DNA of 64,000 bases from Lingula anatina (lineage: Eukaryota > Animalia > Brachiopoda): NCBI GenBank assembly GCA_051362555.1, contig CM120649.1, forward strand, positions 1 through 64,000, read 5' to 3'. This document shows positions 13,934 through 26,321 of the stretch, in pieces (position 1 is the first letter of the stretch; the number at the start of each line of letters is the position of its first letter). The notes below the pieces were generated by a model. It had not been told where the DNA came from. It saw only the letters and a list, made by a program, of their open reading frames with translations, and made no database searches. Position numbers and translations under genes: made by a program.

Positions 13934-15009
13934 GCCTTTGAAGGTCAAGTACTTTAAATATCTAAAAAGAACCATATTTCCTCTATTCTTCTCGACCAAC
14001 TCCAATATTTCTTTTCCGATCATCAACTGATTTTGTGTTATTCCCATCGCAGAGAATGTACTACATGAGACCAAGCTTAGAACCCCTTTTAATAGTGTGG
14101 TTAATAATTAAGGAAGTGCTCTTAAAAACTTATTTTCTGCTCTCTGGTAATTTTTTCACATTTAGTTGCACTGACAAGTTTCAATTCGCAAAGGGTCATG
14201 ACAAATAAGTAACAGCGGCAATTTCTATAGACTACACATGCGCCTGAAATGATAATATTAAAATGCAATTTGGTGACTGGTGCCAAAAGGTTTTTATTGT
14301 GTTTGTGTAATTTAGATCTGAAACAACTAAACACCCACGTATCAATGTTACATTAATCATAAAATACTTATAGTCATCTGTTGCCAGAATGAATGAGTAA
14401 AAATAAATACTGAAAATAACAACAGTAAAATGAATCATTGAAATAGGATATAAAGTAATGTTTATTGTAACAGACGTGGAGAGCATCAACAACCATCAAA
14501 ATCTTAATATTATCTTGAACAACCTGAATTTTTTTTTACGTCAAATTTTAGAATTACATGATTTATGTCTGAAACATAGTAAGAGTCTGTCTAAATACAA
14601 TATCATGTTCTAGGCTATTAGACTTGATGTAAAACTTCAGGTGTAGGTTTTGTCTGAAAAGCTACTGCAAACCTATTCATTTTACCGTTACTCTATGAAT
14701 ATGTTTATTTTATTTATTATTATTCTTTGTTTTTTTTTTTTTTTGCGGAGGTTGCATTTTGTTATAATTAAAAAAGATAGAAGAAAGACGCTCACTATCA
14801 TGAAGAGTTTTTTCCAATATTTCGTCACCTTTAAGGAAATTCACCTTAAGCAAACGTAGGTATTTGAAATTTGCGGGAACGCACTAAATATTTTGCATCG
14901 ATTAAAATGTCAAGTCAAAAACGTTAAAACGTTTCTAGGTCGTCTTTAAGACCTTAACATATTTATTGCTCATTAATGGTGCTTAGTTCCGACTGGCTTA
15001 AGCTGACTT

Positions 15010-15016
15010 TATATAA
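15010..15016 (+). promoter_or_regulatory. TATA box of the mucin/lectin gene
   Basis: TATATAA ~60 bp upstream of the AT|gtaagt first-exon end. Confidence 0.6.
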
Positions 15017-15071
15017 GGATGCAACCATCCACGCAAAGTTCTTAATAAAGGTAACTGCCACGGCCAACACA

Positions 15072-16728
15072 ATGTAAGTAAGTCGTTTCTTGAAGGGGTT
15101 TGTAGTGAGTTGATTTAGTAACTGTTAGGACTCTTTTATGGGGTTTCTTGATTAGAGTAAAAAATGCCACGCTATTGTGTGTTTATAAGCGACAGAAAAG
15201 TAATAATTAAACAAGTGATCCATGGGTACATTGAGCATTTTCAAGTATAGAAGTTAAATTGCAAATGGAGACGCTTAAGACCATATAGTAGTGTACTATG
15301 AGTCGTAGATTAGCTAAAAGAGTATAATATTCTATATACAGTACTTCCACGGGGTTTAATTTTGTAAAACTGCAGTTTTAAAATATAATTTTTATCAACA
15401 AATTAAGTCATCTTGGTAATGTATAGGAGTTGTTTTACAAATTGTAGTCTCTTTTCTTCATTACTTTATAATTGAAAAGAATAACTTAAAGCGATCTCAT
15501 GCATTGAATTATGCTGCTGTATTTATATATGTTGTAATTATATCAAGGGCACCGTTGCCTATCGATAAAATTGTTTTCTACTCTAACTCTCCTTCTGGCC
15601 AGTTTTTTCTAAACTTATTGCACTTCCTTATTTCATTTTAGTATCAAATTATGCACCCCTTCTTGTTTAAATGCCCTAAGTAACCTAAAGTGCGGTGTAA
15701 TCTGTTCACGTTTAACCCATTAAACGTTACGCCTATATAACCGGGTGCCTATTAATGGACATTACCAATGTGACTTCAGATACCTACAGCGACTCCCGTG
15801 ACTTGTGGTGACCTGTTGATAAATTTAAACTTCAAACTCTTCCACATGTTATAGATTTCAGGTTTTTGGTCTTTAATTAACAATACAGGTCCTGAGAAGG
15901 ACGCAAACTTACGAGTAACAATTATAAATGTTTGCCAGTCTCCTTTAACTGTTGCGGAATCCAAAAGTACCTTTCTTTGTGCTCACATAAGTTATCTCGT
16001 TTTTATGTATGTCGTGTTCAGAAAACAGAAGCCTTAAAGCGAGGTATAAGCCAATTCATTAATGCAGTATAACATTTAATTTACCACTAACAACCTTTAT
16101 TACCATTAATTAATTATTTCCTTATTTTTATTGCGACCTTAATGTATTGGTCCCAAACAGCGTTGAACGTTCAGTTGTAGACTTTATGCCACACCTAACC
16201 CTTTGCCACACCAAAGGAAAACAAGGAAATGGTTTCCATTTTTTTTTAAATTGATATTGTTTTAAACTCAGGCAGCAATCACATTCCCGCCAGCAGCGTC
16301 GTACTTTCTCTTTCCCCAGCTTCCATTCACGTGATAACATGATTTCATAATATGACCAGAAACTTCACAACAGGTGACAAATACATGACTAAAAAACGTA
16401 ACTGATGGTCGACAAAATTGGAAGGTTGAAGACGCTTCTCTTTTCTATATTTATATGAAAACGTCTACCCTGCTAAAGGTGACTGGAAAGCCGTACAGTA
16501 TGTGCTAAATGTCTTATGAAAGGGCATACACAGTGCGCCGAGAGCCATGCAGTAAGGACTGTAATAAATGCTTCCGACTCAACAAGAGGGCCCTATTAAA
16601 TAATAAGACTTTAATTTTATTTCTTTAAGGATTTCGTGTACAATATTACTGCTGCTGTCGGTCCAGGCGATAGCTCAGTCAGACTTATGGTGGTGTCAGG
16701 TGTATCCACAGTGGTGTCAAGGAGCAGC

Positions 16729-16759
<31 letters not shown>

Positions 16760-18222
16760 GCACCGACCACAACAAGGGGCCAGCTTTCATGGTGCGAGAT
16801 GTACCCCTGGTGGTGCCAAACAACCGTAGCCTCCACTGTTCCATCTTGGTGTCAGCGCTATCCCTGGTTATGCCAAACAACAACTGAAACACCAACTACA
16901 ACAACCGCACCAAGCTCAAGTAAGTTCATAATTTTCAAGATATTTTAGACGATAAAAAAACTGACAGCAAACGACAACAGGTAGGCAGAGAAATTCTACT
17001 GTGCTATTTCATGCAAGTAAGATTTCTCTCTGTAGATTTAAATCACATGCCCTTTGGGACAGTTCTGCAATGGCGACCGAACAGAGACGGCCAGGTGCGA
17101 CGATTCTGCCATTGTTTGGTCAGTCTTAAAAGACTGTTTCCTCTAACCTTTGGACCTCTGCCTCACCTGAGCAGAACTGTTGATTTTAAAATTGTTTCAA
17201 CAACATCACTTTAATAATTGTCACTCTTATGTAGGCCTGTAAATAGATCTGTTGAAATCACCAGTAAAAGAGCAATACCGATGTGGCCTAGAATCTAGGG
17301 TAATTGTCTAGGGGTGCTTTCCCAGAGATTCAAATCGATCTAAAGATTAAGTTTTAGATCGACCTAACTCCTTGGAGGTTCACGCTAAATTGCAGTCAGC
17401 AGAGCGGACACCATAGTTAATTACCCCCTTACAAATTTTAGTAGGCGAGACAGACGCTTAAGCCGGCCAAGCTGACAGTAATCTAGTGAGACTCCCCACA
17501 GGGATAGATCGATCTAAAAATCTATGGAAATGGGGTGAAACAGGACTCCCACGAAAACTGAGACAACAATGCGCAGGTTTTGCTCTATTGTCTTTAAGAC
17601 AGTGACGTATTTATTAATCTATGGCAACTTCAAATATCTTTATTTATATAACTGGAATGTATCTGAAATAGCCCTGGTGGGAACTCGGGAAGCGTGTCAG
17701 GGTGTGTAAGGGTGTGTTAGGGTAAATTGACTCATTAACGTTTAAAGTGGAATATTCAACGCAAATATGTATAGGTAAAACTTTTGATATGGTCAGTGCA
17801 GAGTAAAGACATGTATCCCTGATATCGATGGATATTAACAAAATGATAATTATACATGTACGGTAACTACCTGCAATTTTATGATATGCCTCACTCATTC
17901 AATTTGTTCAAGAATTATTAGTTTTCTTAATCATAAAAATTATGAACTAAGCCTAATATTAACAACATTAAAATTTACATAAATATTTTCATGCATTGCT
18001 GACAAAACATTAATTTAGAGAATAGGTCTATTATATATCCATTTTGTTTGATAAGCAATTACCGTTTAGAGACGGAGCTATTTGGAGGTTTATGAAAAGA
18101 CCCTTTGTTGTCTTTCCAGCTTGTGAAGGTTGCATCTGTGGGTATCTTCTGGAGCACTGGCGATATAGAACTTGGAACATGCAGGCATGTGGTATGTAGG
18201 ACACAAGTTCTTCTCCGCTCGC

Positions 18223-18266
<44 letters not shown>

Positions 18267-20579
18267 CGCGTGTGTTTGTGTGTGGGTAATAATGTTCTTT
18301 TTAAAGTTTATATTGCATTTATCGATTGGAAACACGACAGTTGCGCCCTGAAGTAATACTGTGAGATATTAGTCTATAAAGAATTGGTGAGAGTGAACAA
18401 GGGCACGTGATTGAAGCCAACTGGCCTCCTCTCCTTCGCTTTCCTGAAATCCTACTCCATCACTTCAAAATAACAAAATCAGTCTGCGAAAAAAAAAACT
18501 GTAAGACTAGTATATTATCCCTTTCCAACACCAGTTTTCAAGAATCTACTGACCCAAATAAGAAACAGTGAAATTTACAAAACTTGACTGGCATACATGG
18601 TCTCCATTATTTGGCATTTAATTGAGGACAATTTTTACTTGGCAGTTTGTTTGCAAAATTATTATCATTGTTATCATTTAATACGTTCAGTCTCTCTTTT
18701 TCGGATATAAGGATGATAATTTCATGATAACTTTATCATGTACATGTATTATTATTATTCCTGTTGTTTAATGTATTTCCGTTCTGCTTCCAGGGTCTGG
18801 CTACCCACCAGCTGTACAGGGAGCCAGTCTCCGTGAGTTATTTCAACTATTATCTTCACCAAGACGCTCCATTTTGAACCATATTGCCCCGTACTAAAAT
18901 GACTTTGAAGCGTGGCTTTGTTTTTGATTCTATTAAAACAGTAGTGTTATGAACAGGAACACATGCCACAAGGGTGCTACATGTGGTGTCTTGTTATTGT
19001 ATGATAAAATGCCAAATTTTATTATAAAATCGTACAGGCATTTTATTTGTTTTATTTCTTTTCAGTATCAGTGTAGTATCAGTAACATAGCCAACGTTAT
19101 ATTCTCACAGGTATGTTCGGAAATAACAAATCTTTTCACTTGATTAATTACCGTGTTTTTTTTTTTCAGCGTGTCCTGGATGTGCATGTCGCCAGTGCAA
19201 ATGTAACCTGGTAAAACAGCAGTTCCACCAAGAACAATGTCGTAAGTAGATACATGTCTATAGTCTAAATGTTACCTAGTAAAACAGCAGTTCCATCAAG
19301 AACAATGTCGTAAGTAGATACATGTCTATAGTCTAAATGTTACCTGGTAAAACAGCAGTTCCACCAAGAACAATGTCGTAAGTAGATACATGTCTATAGT
19401 CTAAATGTTACCTAGTAAAACAGCAGTTCCACCAAGAACAATGTCGTAAGTAGATACATGTCTTTAGTCTAAATGTTACCTGGTAAAACAGCAGTTCCAC
19501 CAAGAACAATGTCGTAAGTAGATACATGTCTATAGTCTAAATGTTACCTGGTAAAACAGCAGTTCCACCAAGAACAATGTCGTAAGTAGATACATGTCTA
19601 TAGTCTAAATGTTACCTGGTAAAACAGCAGTTCCACCAAGAACAATGTCGTAAGTAGATACATGTCTTTAGTCTAAATGTTACCTGGTAAAACAGCAGTT
19701 CCACCAAGAACAATGTCGTAAGTAGATACATGTCTATAGTCTAAATGTTACCTGGTAAAACAGCAGTTCCACCAAGAACAATGTCGTAAGTAGATACATG
19801 TCTATAGTCTAAATGTTACCAGGTAAAACAGCAGTTCCACCAAGAACAATGTCGTAAGTAGATACATGTCTATAGTCTAAATGTTACCTGGTAAAACAGA
19901 AGTTCCACCAAGAACAATGTCGTAAGTAGATACATGTCTATAGTCTAAATGTTACCTAGTAAAACAGCAGTTCCACCAAGAACAATGTCGTAAGTAGATA
20001 CATGTCTATAGTCTAAATGTTACCTAGTAAAACAGCAGTTCCACCAAGAACAATGTCGTAAGTAGATACATGTCTATAGTCTAAATGTTACCTGGTAAAA
20101 CAGCAGTTCCACCAAGAACAATGTCGTAAGTAGATACATGTCTGTAGTCTAATTGTTACCTGTGCAGTTCACACACTGTATGACAGGTACAGAAGTGAAT
20201 TTCTATTTCTCTTGTTATTTTTTTTTTTATTTTCGCTTTTTCTTTCTTTTTCGTTTATTTAATTATATTTTCAATAGAGAATATTTGGACTGAAAACCAT
20301 TTTACTAGAGAACATTTTGTATGAACGTAAAAAGGGGAAGTCAACACTTGGCATGTGGTGACAAAAGTTAAAATCGCGGTCATCTCCGTTCTTCTTCTCT
20401 GTTATTTAAAGACTATTCACTAAGTATGTTCTTCCAGCTCGCATAGGCAGACGCAAGCGTCAGTCTACCTGGGGCAATAATATCTGCACGCTGATGCCAT
20501 GGATCCAAGGTTGCACTCAGACGACAACAACACTACCGCCACCTTCAGGTATGTTCACTTTATGTTTAGCAAAAAAATA

Positions 20580-20613
<34 letters not shown>

Positions 20614-20805
20614 ACATGTTTCTTTGTAACAGTATTATGCTAACATGTAGTACACCCACATCATTGTGAAAATTATACTCTTTCAGATTGCAGAAATTGC
20701 GACTGTGATTTTCTCCTGGGGGAATGGCGAAGTCGATGTGGTAAGACAACGTCAGCTCTTATACACCCCTAAACCGAACGGTAGAAAGTACTGAACAAAC
20801 GGTGG

Positions 20806-20857
<52 letters not shown>

Positions 20858-21842
20858 ATTTCGAAGAAAATATATTTTAAATCATTGAATACTAAGGCAA
20901 TGCCAGTACTTGGACGAGATACCCGTATCCATCAGTTCCATTGTATTGATGACCTACCCTGTGATGACAGTGATTGGTGACTTCAAGCAATGCACATTTA
21001 TTTGAAATATTTATTGAATTTTTGTAAGTTTGCATATCAAACGTTTTCTCTTTGTCATATGTTCCTAGTTGGAAATTACGAACAATTAATGAAGTAAGAA
21101 AGAATATTAAGCACAGACTTGAGACAAGATATACACCACAATACATGAAGCATAATGTTCGATTTCCATTTCGGTTTTCTTCACAGCCTGAAAGGGGCAA
21201 ACATATTTACCTAAAGAAAGGCACCTTCCTAGCTTATCGATCTGTATGTTTTGTTTTCAGGACAATCCACTCCACCACAAGGATATATGAGCACGAACCG
21301 TAAGGATGTATTTTATCAAAACAAACATGCAAGCATATATTTTAACGCGGTTTCTAGAGAAATGCTTCCCAAAGGGAGTAAGAAGTTTGTCAAACTCTGG
21401 TCATTTTGCTTCTTGGGACAGAAAAATTGAAACCTAAATAGAGAAAAATTTTCGTGTATATGGCAAACCCTATCTTCTTACATATGATTTAATGTTACTG
21501 CGTTCTTTGACAATGGGATGTTTGAACGTTTTTCGAGTATTTTCGATATTTCCAGAGTGTCAAGGATGTTCCTGTCAAGAGTGTATTTGCAGGTTTATAA
21601 GGAACACATACAACTCTGTATGCTGTGAGTATAAGTTTTCTTTACTGATACGTAAATGACGTAGTCAAACCTTTTTGCCCGACGCACACGTAAAGCTACC
21701 GGCTGAGCTACGGGAGCTAGCCAGAATTTAGACGTGGATATGTTGGTTATGGGATAGTGCGAGCTGCAATCTGAAGTACAAAGTTTGGGAGATTTAAGAC
21801 ATAAACTCACTACATTGGCAAGGGTTGATTAACCCCCCCCCC

Positions 21843-21879
<37 letters not shown>

Positions 21880-23324
21880 AACAACAACAACAACATATTG
21901 TATCAGCGGGGGCAAAAAAAAGCGTTAAGTAAGTGGTCATTGAGTGAAAATCTTGGACCGGATTCACCTGTACAAAATAGTGGAAACTGGACAAGTATCA
22001 TAGAGGACTCTCTCAAATACTGGCCTTTCAAAACCCTGTGAAACTCATGGTCAAACGTTGTGGTCACACCCGATCGTACATGTCCAGTAATCTTACCCAC
22101 AAAATTAAGGCGGCCCATCAGGACGGGGTGTTTAAATACGGTTCGATCTTGAACTTAAATGTAACAAATACGGTTACACTATAAACATTGCTTACTTACT
22201 TACTTGGGACCTCCTGTCCAACGTAGGACATTGGGCGGCAAATAGACATTGCTGCCACTCACTCATTAACATCGTATCAGAACCAACGTGTTTTAATAAC
22301 AAGACCATAAAATTTGTTAAACTTTGAATAGAGCATTTCATACTTATATATGTTCGTTTAGTGCGTTTGACAACGGAACCGATTCCAGTGACAGCCCCCG
22401 TCAATGCCACGCCCACAGTAATTGACAACACTTCTACCGCACTAACAACAGTGTCAACAACACAACCCTCGACAACTGCACCAACAACGAAACCAACAAG
22501 AGAATCCATGTCAACAGTAACATCAACTGAAACTGCAGCAACAGAACTAACAACAGAAACCAAGACAACTACAGCAATAACATTACCTACAACAGAAACG
22601 AAGACAACTACAGCAACAACAATACCAACAACAGAAACCACCACAACCGTACCTAAAACGGTTACTGCTCCTATTTCAGTGTCAGTCACGCCGCCGACGA
22701 CTCCACCGCCGACAACACCGCCACCGACAACTCCGCCGCCAACAACACCGCCACCGACGACTCCACCGCCAACAACACCGCCACCGACAACTCCACCGCC
22801 AACAACTCCGCCGCCGACAACTCCACCTCCGACAACTCCACCGCCGACAACACCGCCACCGACCACTCCGCCGCCGACTACTCCGCCGCCGACTACTCCA
22901 CCGCCAACAACTCCACCGCCAACAACTCCACCGCCAACAACTCCGCCACCGACAACTCCACCGCCGACAACACCGCCACCGACCACTCCGCCACCGACAA
23001 CTACAGCCCCGCCGTGCCCCTGCAGGAGCCCGTTCACGTTCACTGACCATGCGTGCAATACCCAGGCCGAGTGTGGCGGCCCGTGCAGCTACTACGTGGG
23101 GATGCCCTTTGCCAGCACTGGGGCCGCGGGAATGTGCCAGTCTTTTGGGGGACATTTGGTGAAATTTACGACGGCAGCTTGTTGGAGTGCGTTGGAGACT
23201 TACCTTGCTGGACAATTGGGTATGTTCATAGTGTCCCTAGGTTCTGAATTGCATACTAAGTTTTAAAATTCTGGAGTGTTTACAGTCTTACACTAACGAA
23301 AGAGAAAGAGAGAGAGAGAGAGAG

Positions 23325-23355
<31 letters not shown>

Positions 23356-24270
23356 CGCCCGCATACTTATCCAAGACTAAGTGGATAATAAACAAATGGA
23401 ATTATATTAAAGTTGCCTTGCATTATTGTATAAATCGCCTCCTGAATTGTAGATTTTTCATAGACGTGTTTTCCACTTAGAGGAGTTATCGCTTCATTTC
23501 CTGTGTCACAGACTACTACACGTAGAACGATGTGAGTAGCAATGACAAACTTCTCGACGGTTTACATGGTACAAATGAACCAGTTCCGATAAAATATTAT
23601 ATTCACATTTATTCCAGGTACAATTTTGTTATTGATACTTTAATATGTAACTGAACCGTGTATTGATATTATAACAAAACAAATGAAACATTATTTACAG
23701 ATTGCCTCTTACAGTGTATGACTAAACGGTTTTTTTTTTTTTTTTGTCTTCCAGGTGCTCAAGACGTCACGATGTTCACCTGTGGCAAAGTGACCAGTTT
23801 TAACGACCCCACCCTAGTCATAAACTGGTGGTGTCCTGGTAAGATGAAAAAAGAATCGTTTTTAAACGAGTTGGGTGTGTTTTACAAAGAACTTTATTCT
23901 AAAACTGGTGTTGGCTTTTAGAACAAACTTTAGTCTACTTTCATCCACAATAAATTGGTTATAGTCGTCCAATTAAATAAATGATTCTGTTGCACCTGTT
24001 TTTATACAAAAACATCGCTCTTAATGATACGATTAAGATGAAGTTATGGTACATAAGTTACCACGTATTTATCACATTTTCTGTCTATTAGGTGTTTGTG
24101 GCGGCACCGCGTCCACCGTGAGTATCGACGACTTTGCACGAGCCACGCCCTTCGTACCGCCGACAGCTGGAGACTGCATCGCCGTCCGTTATACCCAGAA
24201 CAACATCCATCTACAGTTTGTCGACTGTGCCTCCAACCACCACTTTATCTGTCAAGACACTTGTCCTTGA
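15072..24270 (+). CDS. Secreted multidomain protein (~622 aa): signal peptide, W/C/P motifs with Thr runs, two Cys-rich modules, furin site, mucin stalk, C-type-lectin-like domain
   Basis: Exons (all GT-AG, frame-consistent, 1869 nt): 15072-15073, 16630-16919, 18120-18191, 18794-18832, 19170-19241, 20438-20548, 20687-20740, 21261-21299, 21556-21624, 22362-23219, 23755-23838, 24092-24270. Starts MISCTILLLLSVQAIA. RRKR in exon 6. CTLD hallmarks: CSYYV..A..MCQSFGGHLV and DCIAV..FVDCASNHHFICQ. AATAAA at ~24446. Confidence 0.85.
19199..20160 (+). repeat. Donor-junction tandem array, 68 bp x14 (lectin gene exon 5)
   Basis: Unit = last ~43 nt of the exon + gtaagtagatacatgtctatagtct. Donor GT at 19242, then every 68 bp to 20126. 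Confidence 0.97.
21660..21722 (-). mobile_element. Possible tRNA-derived SINE head fragment
   Basis: Minus strand reads gctcccgTAGCTCAGCCGGtag (A-box-like) ... GGTTTGACTAC (B-box-like). No convincing cloverleaf. Confidence 0.3.
22690..23003 (+). repeat. Coding 15-bp repeat encoding (PPPTT)n mucin stalk, ~21 copies
   Basis: ccrccrccracracw repeats inside exon 10, varying only at synonymous positions. Confidence 0.95.
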
Positions 24271-24666
24271 GGATCGCCATAGAGGATCGCTTTAGTCTAA
24301 CCTGTCCATGTTATAAAAGCCAAATAATAAGCTTTTGTCTGTTATATAGATAATTCCATGAAATCTTAACGATTTTCAAACAGTATATTTAATCTTGTGA
24401 TAATTTGTGTTCATCAGAATAGCTTGTGCACAAGACATTCCAAAAAATAAAAAAATCGTTTCTCTTTCCATTTCGTTTCTATATGTTTATTTATTTGCTT
24501 TTAAGATACAAGAATGACATATATATAACTTAATAGTCGGACATTTATTCCTTGAAACGCACGGTAGATCATTTGCAAGGAAGGTGCGGTTTTATAATAA
24601 TAATAGTAAATGATAATAATAATAATAATCTGTGGAGCGGAAAATGTATGTACAGATTTGTATAGG

Positions 24667-24935
24667 CAGGGTCGTAGCCTGAGCAAAATGCCAGGGGGGG
24701 CAGTAAGCGGAAACGAGGGGGCGAAGCCCCCGAGGGGGGAGGGTGTGTCTCCCTCTCTCGATTGTTGAATGATTGTCTAGTGGCCATAAGTGCATTTTCT
24801 CACAGAATTGACACCAACTTTGCAATTTTTTTTTACCTTTGCGATTATTATTATTATTTATTTATTTTTTTTTTTGCACCTCAAATCCCAGGGGGGGCAG
24901 CTGCCCCCCCTGCCCCCCCGGAGGCTACGGCCCTG
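24667..24935. mobile_element. hAT-like MITE with 5-bp TSD (atagg)
   Basis: TIRs cagggtcgtagcc / ggctacggccctg. atagg lies immediately on both flanks. Confidence 0.8.
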
Positions 24936-25016
24936 ATAGGGCTACATAAGACCAAGTGATGTTGAGAAGATTGCTCACCAATGCTTTATGAAGCAGGTAC
25001 TTGATGATGCCGGATA

Positions 25017-25185
25017 CAGGGGCGGATTTAGGCCATCTTCTGGGTCTTCCGGAAGACGGTCAGATTTTCAAGTTTACATTGACGGGTATCTATTTTTTTC
25101 TGTCGGAAGACGGTCAAAAAATGGAGGATTGATCAACAAATATAATATGGAAGACTGTCAGAAAATATCTCTGGATCCGCCCCTG
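25017..25185. mobile_element. hAT-like MITE with 5-bp TSD (ggata)
   Basis: TIRs caggggcggatttag / ctggatccgcccctg. ggata lies immediately on both flanks. Confidence 0.85.
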
Positions 25186-25442
25186 GGATATACCTTCTGA
25201 TATATATATGTCTATTTAGTATCGTGAAAGAAAAGCTTGCATGTCTGATGGCCGCGAAGTTTCTCTCAGCGCTAGTCACTTGTGTTGTGATCTGCATTTG
25301 TGCGTGACATCATTCACAAATGTAACTATGGCAGTCACACTGCTCAGTGTTAGAAGAAAAGAAAGCTGCATAGAGTCTAAAAGTGTAAAATCAATAAACA
25401 ATTCGAGAATAAATTGATCTTTCCGATGCCTCTTATATAATA

Positions 25443-25550
25443 TGTTTTATTTCCTCTTAACAATTTTAAATAACTATCTTATAAAGTTTATTCTCCATAA
25501 ACGTTTTAGCTATGTATGTTATTGTAAAATCCAAGTATTTTAACAACAAT
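25443..25550. repeat. Dispersed ~105-bp direct repeat (second copy ~27527-27632)
   Basis: atgttttatttcctcttaaca...aaacgttttagctatgtatgttattgtaaaatccaagtattttaa is present at both sites. Confidence 0.85.
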
Positions 25551-26321
25551 AAATATTATATTTAATTTGAATAAATAAGGAATATGTAACAGATTTGGTG
25601 GTATCAGTAATCTTTCTACAGATGTTTTATTGTGCGTTTGTATAAAATCTACTAAATAACGTAAATCAGTCGTCATTGCTGTACTAAACGAAGGGCCATC
25701 AAGGGGCTTACCTGTTCGTACTTCTATGGAGAGGATGAGTTAACAGCCACCCTTTTCCAAACTAATCTGTAGCCTGAACTTATTTTCAGATCACCCCTAT
25801 CGTATTTGAATCCATGATATTAATTACATAGTATGATAAACGAATATAAGAGTATATAGTGACTTTTTGTGCCATTCAACTAAATCTTCCCCAGATTAAA
25901 ATGATCAGTTGACCGTAGGCTCCTATTTTGAGGAAATCTTAATTTTTGGAACCTATTTTTGCCAAACATTAGGCCTATGGTAATTATTTGGCACAAACTT
26001 AACGATTTTGCTCAGAAAAAAAGCAGTGACATTTCCTTGTGAGGTTAAAAAATATACCCACACGTTTAATGGGGAATGCAACATTTCATAAAGTGTAACA
26101 GTTGCCGGTAGAAGGGATGAGCAATCGAAAGCATTACTCCACAATATGTCCATAGATCACAAAATACACCGACTTTTATCTAGATCTGAGACAAATAAAA
26201 TCATGCCATATAGTCACCGTCGAACTCAAAAATATACAGTTGCAAAACCAAGAACTGTCAAATCTTCAAAGAAATTCCTATCTTGGACACTGAATACTTA
26301 CAAATATTGGCCTGACTTCTA

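Noticed and set aside
17305-17540. Possible degenerate MITE with tagatcgatct motifs
   Set aside because: Inverted ends match only partly and no TSD could be defined.
22192-23215. Minus-strand (GGGVV)n and Arg/Trp/Cys-rich ORFs
   Set aside because: Antisense shadows of the PPPTT mucin exon.
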